A stretch of 64,000 bases of DNA from an uncultured Solirubrobacterales bacterium (GCA_963705845.1 CAVPKX010000008.1:215514-279513), one strand, 5' to 3'. Counted from the first letter of the stretch, positions 39,409-50,019 are shown. Notes: generated from the sequence alone by a model not told the origin. Numbers and translations are program-made.

Positions 39409-39947
39409 CTAGTAACTATTGCGATGCGCAAATGCCTCAGCGTGGTCATGACTCGCGAGCTCGATCACGTTACCGTACGGATCTCGGCAGTAGGCGAACC
39501 GGTACGGCTCTCCCGGGAAGATCGCGTGGATCCCGGTCAATATCCGACCACCGTGTTCGGAGACGCGCGCGACGGCAGCGTCAAGGTCCGGTGCGACGAG
39601 GCAGATGTGCGAATAGCCGGGCTGCACGTAGTCAAAGTCAGCGTCCCCGCGCGTCGCCCCAGGCGTGTGAAACTCAAACAGCTCGAGCGCAGTGTCGTCG
39701 CCGGTGCGCATGTGGGCCTGTACGAACTCGACCGTCTCGGCGCTGAACACGTCACGCAGTTGGGGCGCGACGCGCGGGTCGCGCGTGCTGACGAGCATTG
39801 GACCGGAGAGCAGCTCCCAGCCGAAACCGTTTCATACCACCGCACAGCGTCCTTGAGATCTCGCACGGTCAATCCGAGGTGCCCCAAGCGCGCCATGGGT
39901 ACGTCCGTCGGTGATCTTCGCCGCAGTGGTGTGTTCTCGGTGACCAT
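39409..39947 (-). CDS. VOC/glyoxalase family protein, split by a 1-nt indel as sequenced
   Basis: HLGLTVRDLKDAVRWYETV(F)GWELL, then LELFEF, HICL, RDPYGNVIEL. One base is missing in the run at ~39825. Confidence 0.85.
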
Positions 39948-39952
39948 GACCT

Positions 39953-41254
39953 CTAGAGCATCTTTCGAGTCGGCTCGAACGGGGCGGCGAGGACATCGTC
40001 GAGGCTGGCAAGCACTTTTGCGAAGGCCTCGGCGTAGAGCTCCATCAGCGACGGGTCTTGCACGTACAGCGGGTAGGCCTCGGTGGCGAGGTTGAGTGTG
40101 ATGTCGCACAGCCTTGAGGCGACGGGGTACTCGCTTGGATCCCATGGGCGAAGTGGTTCCTGCTCGGCGCGGGGATGCCACACCTGTTGGGTGCGTCGGA
40201 ACGCGGGCTGCGCGGGGATCGGCTGCGGCTGCCAGACCATCGCCTGGACCCCTTCGGCGCGCAGCGCTTGGAGGATCCGGTCGCGCAGATCGCGAGGATC
40301 CCCGTCGAATCCAAGCGCGTCGGGGTCAACCTGAACCGCGTACTTCCAGTACGAGCACCCGCGATCGGGCGCCTGGTAGGGCGGCGTGATCCCGTCCAGC
40401 TGCGAGAGGCGGCTCGTGAGCAGGCTCGCGTTTTCTTGGGCGCGCTCGTTGTAGCCGTCCAGGCGCTCCAGCTGGGCTCGTGCGAAGGCACAGGAAAGCT
40501 CCTGGTTTCGGTAGTTCCAGCCGATCCCGTGAGACCAGAACGCGCGCTGCTCGAGCGGGACGAGGTCTTCGCCAAACACGCACAACCGGCGGGCGGTGAT
40601 GTAGTGGTCCTCGTTGTTGGTGGTAAACAGGCCGCCCTCGCCGGCGGAGAGGTTCTTGGACTGGTTGAGGCTCGTGGCGGATGCGGCGCCGATGCTGCCG
40701 GTGCGCCGGCCGCGATAGTCGATGCCGTGGCATTGCGCGCTGTCCTCGATGACGGCCAGGCCGTGCCGGTCGGCGAGCGCGATGAGCTCGTCGAGGTCGG
40801 CGGGCTGGCCGTGGATCGCGACCGCGACGATCGCGCGTGTGCGGTCGGTGATCTTCTCCTCGACCGATGCGGGGGCGATGTTGTAGGTGCGGGGGTCGAT
40901 GTCGGCGAAGACGACCTGTGCGCCCTGGTGGGCCATCGCCATCGCGGTGGCGACGAACGTGTGAGCGGGTACGATCACCTCGTCGTCGGGCTGCACCCCC
41001 ACGGCCGCCGCCGCGCAATGAAGTGCGGAGGTGCCGCTGTTGGTGGCCAGGCAGTAGTCAACGCCGATGTACTCGGCATACTCCTGCTGCAGTGCGGTGA
41101 TCTCGGGGGCGTTGGCGCCCGAGAACGTGCCGCGGTCCAGGACGCGCAGCACCGCTTCCCGATCGGCAGTCGTAACCTGAGGCCACGGGACATGCGCATC
41201 CTTGGGCACGGTTGGGACGCCGCCGGCGATCGCGAGTTGTTCGACTAGTGCCAT
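39953..41254 (-). CDS. DegT/DnrJ/EryC1/StrS PLP aminotransferase (StsC/BtrR/RifK-like N-terminus)
   Basis: LAIAGG.P...WPQ, NSGTSALH, IEDSAQCHG, SLNQSKNLSAGEGG, GWNYR. Confidence 0.93.
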   Translation of the reverse strand: MALVEQLAIAGGVPTVPKDAHVPWPQVTTADREAVLRVLDRGTFSGANAPEITALQQEYAEYIGVDYCLATNSGTSALHCAAAAVGVQPDDEVIVPAHTFVATAMAMAHQGAQVVFADIDPRTYNIAPASVEEKITDRTRAIVAVAIHGQPADLDELIALADRHGLAVIEDSAQCHGIDYRGRRTGSIGAASATSLNQSKNLSAGEGGLFTTNNEDHYITARRLCVFGEDLVPLEQRAFWSHGIGWNYRNQELSCAFARAQLERLDGYNERAQENASLLTSRLSQLDGITPPYQAPDRGCSYWKYAVQVDPDALGFDGDPRDLRDRILQALRAEGVQAMVWQPQPIPAQPAFRRTQQVWHPRAEQEPLRPWDPSEYPVASRLCDITLNLATEAYPLYVQDPSLMELYAEAFAKVLASLDDVLAAPFEPTRKML

Positions 41255-41297
41255 GCCCGTCTCCGTTCGTTCCCAGCTACCAGTGGCCGGCACTGTG

Positions 41298-41328
41298 AGA
41301 TATAATCACTGAATGTCGCAAGTGTCAA
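41298..41328 (-). promoter_or_regulatory. TTGACA promoter with operator D (AGAT-ATA-ATCA)
   Basis: Minus strand TTGACActtgcgacattcaGTGATTATATCT; the 18-mer ATATAATCACTGAATGTC is identical to 54607-54624. Confidence 0.75.
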
Positions 41329-41469
41329 CTATACGTCCTCGGCGAGCGCGGCCTTAGTGCCCGCGTCCGACACTATTACCCGTAGCCCCGATCCCGACAT
41401 CGCACGATCGGTGGAAACGCCGCCCTGGAGCGGCGATGTGGTCGAGGGATCAGAGAAACAAAGGAGTCC

Positions 41470-42648
41470 TTGGTGACAGACGAATCGCCCCTCGTCCGTT
41501 CGACGGACCCTCCGCGGTACGATCCGTTCGCGCAGCCGCGTGACCCGTATCCGATCTTCGCGGTGCTTCGCACACAGTATCCGGTCCTGTACGAGCCCGA
41601 CTGGGATATCTGGCTACTTTCGAAGTTCGAAGACGTTCAGGCGGTCGCCCGGGACTGGAAGACCTACAGTCATGCACGCGGGGTCAACCTGGACGGCAGC
41701 GACCTCGAGTTCTTCGGCCCAGGCGATTTCCTCGAGACCGATCCGCCGAAACACACGGCCTTGCGCGGACTGGTGAAGGCTGCGTTCTCCCCGTCGCGCG
41801 TGGCCAGCCTCGAAGCGCGCATTCGCAAGCTGAGCCGAACGCTGACGACCTGCTTTCACGAGGGTTCGGCTGATCTCGTGGCCTCGTACGCCCAGCCTCT
41901 CGCATTCACCATCGCCTGCGACGTGCTCGGCCTGCCGGCTGACGACCACACTCTCCTGCGACGTCTCACCGCCAACCTTCTCTATCGAGACGGGACCGCG
42001 CACCTGCCCGCGCGTGCTCGTGACGCTGCCTGTCAGCTCCGCGCCCACCTCGACTCTCGCGCAAAGGCCTCGAGCGGCGTTGGAATCTTGGCCGATCTGT
42101 ACGCCGCTACTCGCGTGGGGGCGCTTCAGTCTGAGGAGCTGATTGGAATGGCAACTCTGCTGGTCGCGGCGATCACTCCCACAACCGTATCGCTCATCAC
42201 GAATACGCTTGTCGCGCTTGGGGAGCACCAGGATCAGCGACGAGACCTCGCGGCGGACCGTCGGCTTCTTGTCCCGGCCATTGAGGAATCGCTCAGGTGG
42301 GCGACCCCGTTGCAGCACTCGTTCCGTACAGTTCAGCAGCAGACGACAGTGCGGGGTACGGAGATACCAGCCGGCGGGCGGGTTCTATTGCTTTTTGGGG
42401 CCGCAAACCGCGATGAAGAGCGGTGGAGCGAACCCGAGAGGTTCGACATCCATCGCGAGCAAAAGCGAAATCTGGCTTTCGGTGAGGGAATCCACCACTG
42501 CCTGGGAGCACCGCTGGGTCGGCTTGAAGCACGCGTCGCGGTGGAGGTCTTCTTGGAGGAGTTTCCGGATTTTGACATCGCCGAGGTGGGAGGCCAGGTC
42601 AGTATCCCGACGCACATGGCGCCCCAAGCGGTCGTTGTTGCTACCTAA
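41470..42648 (+). CDS. Cytochrome P450
   Basis: EESLR, FGEGIHHCLG; I-helix variant AAITPT. Confidence 0.95.
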   Translation: MVTDESPLVRSTDPPRYDPFAQPRDPYPIFAVLRTQYPVLYEPDWDIWLLSKFEDVQAVARDWKTYSHARGVNLDGSDLEFFGPGDFLETDPPKHTALRGLVKAAFSPSRVASLEARIRKLSRTLTTCFHEGSADLVASYAQPLAFTIACDVLGLPADDHTLLRRLTANLLYRDGTAHLPARARDAACQLRAHLDSRAKASSGVGILADLYAATRVGALQSEELIGMATLLVAAITPTTVSLITNTLVALGEHQDQRRDLAADRRLLVPAIEESLRWATPLQHSFRTVQQQTTVRGTEIPAGGRVLLLFGAANRDEERWSEPERFDIHREQKRNLAFGEGIHHCLGAPLGRLEARVAVEVFLEEFPDFDIAEVGGQVSIPTHMAPQAVVVAT

Positions 42649-42739
42649 CGCGCCGCCCAACCGGACTACCGGGGCAAAACGACGCAATCCGCCTCCTGGC
42701 GGATGCCCGGTGAAGCGGCGCGCGACGATGTTACGGTCA

Positions 42740-43483
42740 ATGTCGGCTAGGCCCAATCACATCGCGGAACCACATGCGGCATGCGGCAAGCGGCAGCAGC
42801 GGGTGTTTAGCGGAAGGAGCGGCATCGACGAGCGGCTCCTCGACTACTTGGAGCCGGAGCGTGGCGGCACGTTCGTCGAAGCTGGCGCGTTCGACGGTGT
42901 TACGGAGCGCAACACGCTTGTTCTCGAAAGAGACTTCGGCTGGACCGGGCTTCTCGTCGAGCCGGTGCCACGGCCTGCTGCGGCATGTCGTGAGGCTCGC
43001 CGGGCGGCGACCGTCGCCGAGGTCGCGCTCGTTTCAGACGCGTACGGCGGCACGACAATCCCGATCCGCGCGGGGGGACGCCATTCTCTAGTACGCGGGG
43101 CTCGTGACACCGTCGAGGATGAGGAGGATTGGGTAACGCGAGGATCGGTGCTCCACGGCGACGCGGACGACGGAAGCATCAGCGTTCGCGCGCTCACCTT
43201 GTCAGACCTTTTGGTGGAGGCCGAGATCGATTCTGTGGACTTCCTTTCCCTCGATGTCGAGGGGTTCGAGCCCGAAGTGCTGCGCGGTCTTCAGACACCG
43301 CGGTTCCTCCCAACGTACATCCTCGTTGAGGTCTGGGCCGCAACCGCGCCAGTCATTGCTGAGCTGCTGCACGGACACTACGACCATGTCGCCGTACTTG
43401 GCTACCTCGAGCGGCAGACGGCCGCGGACGTCGGCCTTCTCGCCGGTGCTGTTTGGGAGTGCCTGTATCAGGCGCGTTACTAG
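42740..43483 (+). CDS. FkbM family methyltransferase
   Basis: FVEAGAFDG, GWTGLLVEP, FLSLDVEGFE. Start uncertain. Confidence 0.88.
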   Translation: MSARPNHIAEPHAACGKRQQRVFSGRSGIDERLLDYLEPERGGTFVEAGAFDGVTERNTLVLERDFGWTGLLVEPVPRPAAACREARRAATVAEVALVSDAYGGTTIPIRAGGRHSLVRGARDTVEDEEDWVTRGSVLHGDADDGSISVRALTLSDLLVEAEIDSVDFLSLDVEGFEPEVLRGLQTPRFLPTYILVEVWAATAPVIAELLHGHYDHVAVLGYLERQTAADVGLLAGAVWECLYQARY

Positions 43484-43709
43484 CGGCGTAAGACCCGGAA
43501 CCCCAGCGTTCACGGCCCTTGCCGGTGACGAGACGGGGCGTTAGCCATCAGCGTCCGGTGCGATGGACCAGGCTCCAGGTCATGAGCTGAACACGCCAGC
43601 CCCGCGTTCGTGCTATCTCGACTCGGGTCTGTAGGCGCAACCGTGTGCTGTGGCGTAGTGGCTGACGATCGTCAGAGCCGTCCCGGCGGGTGACGGCGCG
43701 GCCACGCCG

Positions 43710-44834
43710 TCATCGCGCAGCGACGCCCGCCGCGCCGAGGGTGACCCAGCTGCGGCTCTCGGCAGATGTGGCGGCGGCGACGACTCCGCGTGCGGCGGCC
43801 AGCCCGTCGTCGAAGGTGGGAGCTGCTACGTGCTCGCCGCGCGCGATCGCGCTCAGCGCGTGCCCGATGCCGATGGTGAAGGCGTCGCGGTAGCCGAGGC
43901 CCTGGCCGGGCACGCCGGCGAAGTGCCGGGCGTCACCGTGCGTGGGACCGACGAGGACGCGGGTGGCCCCGGCTGCGGGATCTGAGTCGGGATTGGTGAG
44001 CACTTCGAGCTCGTTGGCGTGCTCCCAGGAGAAGCGGACCGAGCCCTGGCTTGCGATGACGTCAAAGCCGAGGTCGGCTTTGTGGCCGCGCATCGCCCAG
44101 CCCGCTTCGATGACTCCACTCGCGCCGGCGGCGAAGTCGACGAGCATCGCGACCTGGTCGTCGAGTGCCTCGTCGGTCTCGCCTGATAGCGGGTGCCGGG
44201 TGACGGCGGTGATGGCAGCGATGTCGCCGCACAGGTGCCGTGCTAGGTCGAGGATGTGGGAGCCGAGGTCGCCGAGCGCGCCGGCGCCGGCAACGTCAGG
44301 CTGAGTCCGCCACCCGAGACGATGTCCCGGCGCGGCGGCGTAGTCCTGCAGCATCCAGCCGCGGAAGTGGCGGACGGTTCCGATCTGCCCGTCGGCGATT
44401 AGGCGCGCGGCGTGCGCTATCGCCGGCCAAAGCCGATAGTAGAAGCACACCTGTGCCACGCGGTCGCTTGCAGCCGCCGCGTCGCACATGCGCTGCGCGG
44501 CGGCGAGGTTGTGCGCGAGCGGCTTCTCGCAGATGACGTGCTTTCCGTGCTCGAGCGCGTCAACTGCGATGTTGGCGTGCTGGTGGTTGGGCACGCAGAT
44601 GTCGACGAGATCGATGTCTGGCGAGCGGGTGATCGCCCGCCAGTCATTGACGAGTTGCTCCCACCCCCAGCGCTGCTGAAGTTCCCGTCCGCGTTCGATG
44701 TCGATCTCGGCGACCGCGGAGAGAGTGAGCGATCGTGGCGCCTCGAGGTAGGTGCCGGGGACGACTTTGTAGGCGGCGCTGTGCAATCCGGCGATGTAGC
44801 CGGCCCCGACGATGCCAATCCGAAGCTCGTTCAC
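43710..44834 (-). CDS. Gfo/Idh/MocA family oxidoreductase
   Basis: IGIVGAGYIA, CEKPLA, GALGDLGSHILD. Confidence 0.94.
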   Translation of the reverse strand: MNELRIGIVGAGYIAGLHSAAYKVVPGTYLEAPRSLTLSAVAEIDIERGRELQQRWGWEQLVNDWRAITRSPDIDLVDICVPNHQHANIAVDALEHGKHVICEKPLAHNLAAAQRMCDAAAASDRVAQVCFYYRLWPAIAHAARLIADGQIGTVRHFRGWMLQDYAAAPGHRLGWRTQPDVAGAGALGDLGSHILDLARHLCGDIAAITAVTRHPLSGETDEALDDQVAMLVDFAAGASGVIEAGWAMRGHKADLGFDVIASQGSVRFSWEHANELEVLTNPDSDPAAGATRVLVGPTHGDARHFAGVPGQGLGYRDAFTIGIGHALSAIARGEHVAAPTFDDGLAAARGVVAAATSAESRSWVTLGAAGVAAR

Positions 44835-44841
44835 CGATGGA

Positions 44842-46005
44842 TCAGCTCCGTATCGCTTGAGTCGAAGCGATGGTGTGACGCTCGCCGGTTTCGGCCGCTG
44901 CGCTCACGGCGTCGCAGACCGCGGCGCAGCGGTAACCGTCGTGGAACGTCGCGGCGTGCGGCGCAACCGGCCAGGCGCCCGCGATCGCGCCGAGGAAGTG
45001 GCGGGCCTGGTGGATGAAGCTGTCGCCCCAGCCGATGCCGTGTCCGCGCGGCCACCACAGCGCGAGGAACGGATGCTCGGGTTCGGTGACGCTGATGGCG
45101 CGGCGTCCGGCGGTGGTTGAGACCGTGAGCTGGTTGAGTGTCTGGATGTCGAAGCTGATCGTGCCGCGGGTGCCGTCGAGCTCGATCGCGCTTTCCAGCA
45201 CATGGCCTGGGGTTAGCCGGGTCGCTTCCATCGTGGCCAGCGCCCCGTCGGCGAACTCGAAGGCGCAGACGACCGCGTCCTCGACGTCGACGGTGACTCC
45301 ATGTCGGGTGGGGGCACCGGTGCGCGTGGCGGCCGAAACGGCGGAGGGTTCGCCGACGAGGTAGCGGGCGAGGTTGACGTGGTGGGCCAGCAGGTCACCG
45401 ATGACCCCGCTGCCCGCGCTGTCGCGGCGTAGCCGCCACGGGGTCTCCCGGGCGTTGGGGTCGGCGGCCGAGGCGAGTAGGAAGCGCGAGCGAAAGTGCA
45501 GGATGTCCCCGATCTCGCCGGCCCCGATGAGCTCGCGGGCGAGGCGGATCGCGGGAAAGAAGCGGTAGTTGAACGCGCACATGTGGACCGTTCCGGCCGC
45601 ATTCGCGGCGTCGAGCATCAATCTGGCCTCGACCGCGCTGCGCGCCAATGGCTTCTCGCACAGGACGTGCTTGCCCCTGTTCAGCGCGCTGATCGCGGGC
45701 TCGGCGTGAAGGTCATTGGTCGCCGCGATGACCAACGCGGCGACCTGTGGGTCGGCGATGAGTTCGTGCCAGTCGGTTCGCGCGTGTTGCCAGCCGAAGC
45801 GGTGGCGCATCTGCTCCAGGCGGCGCTGGTCGCGGCCGCAGATCGTGTGCAGTGCGGGCAGCGCCGCTGGGGAGTCTTCGAGTGTCGGCAGGAGGTACAA
45901 CGCACGGGAGTGCGCGCGCCCCATGAACGAGGTGCCGAGCACGCCGACGCTCACCCGCGGCACTATGCCGTCAGAATCGACGACTGCCGTGCCGTTGAGC
46001 GTCAT
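44842..46005 (-). CDS. Gfo/Idh/MocA family oxidoreductase
   Basis: GVLGTSFMGRAH, CEKPLA, FNYRFFPA, WWPRGHGIGW. Confidence 0.94.
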   Translation of the reverse strand: MTLNGTAVVDSDGIVPRVSVGVLGTSFMGRAHSRALYLLPTLEDSPAALPALHTICGRDQRRLEQMRHRFGWQHARTDWHELIADPQVAALVIAATNDLHAEPAISALNRGKHVLCEKPLARSAVEARLMLDAANAAGTVHMCAFNYRFFPAIRLARELIGAGEIGDILHFRSRFLLASAADPNARETPWRLRRDSAGSGVIGDLLAHHVNLARYLVGEPSAVSAATRTGAPTRHGVTVDVEDAVVCAFEFADGALATMEATRLTPGHVLESAIELDGTRGTISFDIQTLNQLTVSTTAGRRAISVTEPEHPFLALWWPRGHGIGWGDSFIHQARHFLGAIAGAWPVAPHAATFHDGYRCAAVCDAVSAAAETGERHTIASTQAIRS

Positions 46006-46919
46006 GCTCGCTTTGGCTCCAACCGGAGCGACGAGCCGATCCCTACGGCGGCGAGCACGCCGAGACTCTGCTTGAGGTCGTTCAACGGGTTGCCGGCGCC
46101 CGGCACACGGTCCTGTTCGATCGTGGCGAAGCAGGTGTAGCCGATCTCGTCAAGCGCCGCCGAGGTGAGCGAGAGGTCAACTTCGCCCTGGCCAAGTGGG
46201 CAGAAGACCCCGCGGCCAATCGCCTCCCAAAAGCCGAGCCGCTCTCGGCGCACACGATCGAGCACGCGCGGATTGGTGTCCTTGAGGTGCACGTGAACCA
46301 ATCGTGAGGCGTAGTTGGCGATCGCCTCCTCCGCGCGGATGCCAGCGTAGGCGGCGTGGCCGGTGTCCAAGCAGAGTCCGATATCAGTGCTCTCGAGAAA
46401 CCGGCCGATCTCGTCAGCGAACTCGACGTACGAGCCGGCATGAGGGTGACACGCCGGGAGTAGATCGTGCTCGCGTGCGATGTCGGCCACGGCCTTGACG
46501 ACTTCGATCATTGCCATCCAGCGGCCTTCCGAGAGCCGCGCGGCGACCTGCGAGCGGCCGGCGGTGGCGGCACGTTCCCGTCCAGGCCGGTCGATGATCA
46601 CAAGGACGTTCCCGCCGGCCGCCGCGATCGTTGTGCATGCGCGTTTGGTTACGGCGAGCACGTGTTCCCGGGAGGCGGGATCGTGGAGGCTCTCGAACAC
46701 GAACGATCCGACGGCCGTCAGCGAGCGAGTTGCGAGGGCCTCGCGCAAAGTCGCTGGATCCTCGGTGAGGTAGCCGACGGGACCGAGCTCGAGGGCGCGG
46801 AGACCTGACGCTTTGATTTCGTCAAGCACGAGGCGCCATGCTGGGTTATCGGGGTGCTCGGCGAAGTGGACTCCCCAGCTCGTCGGGCTCGCCGCCAGTT
46901 CTATTTGGGTGGCGGCCAT
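46002..46919 (-). CDS. iolE: IolE-like inosose dehydratase (xylose-isomerase-like TIM barrel)
   Basis: SPTSWGV, ELGPVGY, HPHAGSYVE, LCLDTGH, HVHLKD, IEQD; adjacent to iolD. Confidence 0.82.
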   Translation of the reverse strand: MAATQIELAASPTSWGVHFAEHPDNPAWRLVLDEIKASGLRALELGPVGYLTEDPATLREALATRSLTAVGSFVFESLHDPASREHVLAVTKRACTTIAAAGGNVLVIIDRPGRERAATAGRSQVAARLSEGRWMAMIEVVKAVADIAREHDLLPACHPHAGSYVEFADEIGRFLESTDIGLCLDTGHAAYAGIRAEEAIANYASRLVHVHLKDTNPRVLDRVRRERLGFWEAIGRGVFCPLGQGEVDLSLTSAALDEIGYTCFATIEQDRVPGAGNPLNDLKQSLGVLAAVGIGSSLRLEPKRA

Positions 46920-46920
46920 G

Positions 46921-48862
46921 TCAGTAGCTCCTTTGCGCAGTGCGGGCTGTCTTGTGTTCGTCGGCAAGTCGCTCGGTCCGTGGTGACTCGGCTACCTCGG
47001 GCATGCCGATATCCGAGAATGCTCCGCTGGAAGGCAGCGGTCGGTCGGGGTCCGTTTGGCACACGATCACGGTTGTCGTCCGTGCGCGCTGCGCGGCCTG
47101 GAGCGCGTCGCGCAGTTGTTCGGCGCTGTTGGCGCGGAAAGCGTTCACGCCCATGCTGCGCGCGTTGGCTTCGTAGTCGACCGACAGCCGATCGCCGTCG
47201 GGCAGCCGCCCGCCGTTGCGCGAGCGGAACTCGTTGGCTGCGGAGGCGGCGAAGCTGCCGCGCGAGGTGGTTGATCGACTGGTAGCCGCCGTTGTCGAGC
47301 ACGAGCACGGTGATCTTCAGACCTTCCTGAGCGGCGGTGACGAGTTCAGTCGGGTTCATCAGGTAGGTGCCGTCGCCGATCACGACGAACACTTCGCCGG
47401 TCGCGCCGGCGAGCCGGATCCCGAGTCCGGCTGGGATCTCGTGGCCCATGCAGGAGTAGCCGAACTCGATATGGGCGAACGCTCCCGCCGGGACGGTCCA
47501 CATCTTCAGCAGGTCTCCGGGCTGGTAGCCGGCGGCGGCGACAACCCAGTCCCCCGGTTTCACGGAGTCGGCGAGCACCCGCAGGACCTCCCCTTGCCCG
47601 ATTCGGCTTCCTGCGGGCGCGGGCGCGAGATCGGCGTGGAGAGCCGCGGTCCATCGCTCCCAGCGGTCTCCCACTTCGTGGCGATATTCCGGTGAGCTGC
47701 CCTGGTAGCGGTTGGGGAGCGCGTGGGTCAGCGCCGCCAGGGCTTCGCGGGCGTCGGCGACGACCGGCACCGCAGAGAGCTTGTGTGCGTCGGCAGCGTT
47801 GGCGTTGATCGACACGAAACGGACGTGCTCGTGCTGAAAGAGCGAGTGCGAGGCGGTGGTGAAGTCACTCAGCCGCGTCCCGACGCAGATCACGACGTCT
47901 GCACGTTCGGCGAGCTCGTTCGCCGCCCGGGTCCCGTTGACGCCGATCCCGCCGACGCCCCAGAGGCTCGGATTGACGCTGCCCTTGCCAGCGGAGGTTT
48001 CCGCTACAGGGATGCCGAACCGCTTCGCGAACGCGGACAGCGCCTCTTCGGCGGCTGAGTGGCGCACCCCGCCGCCGGCGATGATCAGCGGTCGCTTTGC
48101 CGCGGCGATGACCGCACACGCACGGTCGATCTCCTCGTCCGCGGGTGGTCGGCGCACCACATGCCAGATTCTCCGGGCAAAGAAACCGGCCGGGTACTCG
48201 TAGGCCTCGCCGAGCACGTCCTGGTGTAGCGCGATCGTCACCGCGCCGGTCTCGGCCGGGTCGAGCAGCACCCGCATCGCCTGCGGCAGCGCGGTCAACA
48301 TCTGCTCGGGGCGCGAGACACGATCAAAGAAGCGGCTGAGCGGGCGAAACGCATCGTTGACTGACACGTCACCGGCGCTCGGATGCTCGAGCTGCTGTAG
48401 CACCGGATCTTGGCGGCGGTTGGCGAACGTGTCGGCCGGCAGCAGCAGCACCGGCAGACGGTTGACGGTCGCCGTCGCCGCGCCGGTCAGCATATTTGTG
48501 GCGCCGGGCCCGATCGACGCGCTGCACGCGAGCGTCGAGAGCCGGCGGGTCGCCTTGGCGTACCCGAGCGCGGCATGGACCATGGCCTGCTCGTTCTTGG
48601 GCTGGTAGAGCGGCAGCTCTGCGCCTTCCTGAACAATCGCCTGGCCGAGTCCGAGCGACCCGTGACCGGAGATCCCCCAGATCGCCGGGATGACCCGACG
48701 CTGCTGGCCGTCGCGCTCGCTGTGCTGCGCCTGCAGGTAGCGGACTAACGCCTGCCCGGCCGTCAGTGCGACGGTCGGTTCGCGTCGGGCAGGGAGACGG
48801 GCGGCGCCTTCTTCTTCTTCTTCTTCTTCTTCTTCTGGTTCGGTGTCTGCCTGAGCGGTCAT
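46921..48862 (-). CDS. iolD: IolD, trihydroxycyclohexane-1,2-dione acylhydrolase (ThDP-dependent); indel near the 3' end as sequenced
   Basis: LTAGQALVRYL, KNEQAMVHAA, SIGPGATNM, DPVLQQLE, EFGYSCMGHEI, GDGTYLM. Frame switch at ~47260 into ORF 46921..47154. Confidence 0.92.
48809..48835 (-). repeat. (GAA)9 trinucleotide repeat encoding Glu9 in the IolD N-terminus
   Basis: Nine perfect TTC units on the + strand. Confidence 0.9.
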
Positions 48863-49639
48863 TTGGCGGTCCATCCCCCGTCGACCTTCAGGCTCTCGCC
48901 GGTGATCATTCGCGCTTGGGGCGAGGCCAGGAACACGACTGCGGCGGCGGTGTCTTCAGGCTCACCGAATTGGCCAAGGGGAATCTGGGAGAGCAGCGCT
49001 TTGCGGGTACTGGGGTCCTCGAGCTGTTGCTCGGTCATCTCGGTGCGGGTGAACGTTGGAGCGACCGAGACCACCCGGATCTCCCATTCGGCGAGCTCGA
49101 CCGCCATCGCCTTGGTCATGCCTTCGACGCCGTGCTTGGTCGTGCAGTACACGGTCCGAAGCGGCGCGCCGACATGCCCCATCTGCGAGGACACGTTCAC
49201 GATCACGCCAGCCCGTCGGTGCTCGATCATTGACCGTGCGGCGGCCTGGGAGGCGAAGAACGCGGCTTGCACGTTGAGCCGCCACAGCCGCTCAAACGTT
49301 TGCGGCCGCACGTCGAGCAGCGGTTCGGGCTGGTTGGCGCCGGCGCAGTTGACCAGCACATCCAGCGGGCCTGAGCGCGTCAAGCGTCGCTACCAGCGCC
49401 GGCGTGTCGGTGACATCACACGGGTGACAGGACGCGTGGGCGCCGGCACGCTCGACCTGGCCGGCGACCAAGCGCAGGAGCGGCTCGGTGCGGGCGATCA
49501 GCGCGACCAGCTCGGCGCCCGCATCCGCGTAGGCGACTGCGCACGCGGCACCGATGCCGCGGCTGGCGCCGGTGATCGCGACACGTTTGCCGGCGAGCGC
49601 GGGTGCCTGGAGCGGGCGGGATGCGAACGTCGCGGTCAC
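48859..49639 (-). CDS. SDR family oxidoreductase, split by a 1-nt indel as sequenced
   Basis: TGASRGIG in frame 1; LVNCAG, NVSSQMG, YCTTK and VDGGW in frame 2. Junction at ~49373. Confidence 0.9.
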
Positions 49640-50019
49640 CGCGCCGCATCCACGGACATGTGGGCCAGCGCCTCACGTCCTTTGCGCTGCAGCGCTTGCA
49701 GGTAGTCCAGATGCCCCTGCCAGTCGGGGTCATAAGCCAAGCCGGCCGCCATCTGCGCGGTGTCATCGTGCGCGTCGAGCAGCTCGTAGACGAGCTCGCC
49801 TACCTCACCGAGTCGCGCCGAGGCCGGTCGATCTACTGGCGCCAAACCAACCCGGGGCACTGGATCTTGTGCGTGCGGCCGAGCGCGTGCGACGATGGCG
49901 TTCGACGCCGGCGCACGCGAGCCTGACGCTTGCGTCGCCGACGTCGAGGACTCCGGCTGCGATCCCGGCAGCACGCTCCGTCCGGAGCGTCTGCCATAGC
50001 CGCCCGGGGCCGCGGACAA
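49636..50019 (-). CDS. Small hypothetical helical protein within the operon
   Basis: Protein-like C-terminal half (ELVYELLDAHDDT...WQGHLDYLQALQRKGRE); stop overlaps the SDR GTG. Start uncertain. Confidence 0.6.
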   Translation of the reverse strand: MSAAPGGYGRRSGRSVLPGSQPESSTSATQASGSRAPASNAIVARARPHAQDPVPRVGLAPVDRPASARLGEVGELVYELLDAHDDTAQMAAGLAYDPDWQGHLDYLQALQRKGREALAHMSVDAAR

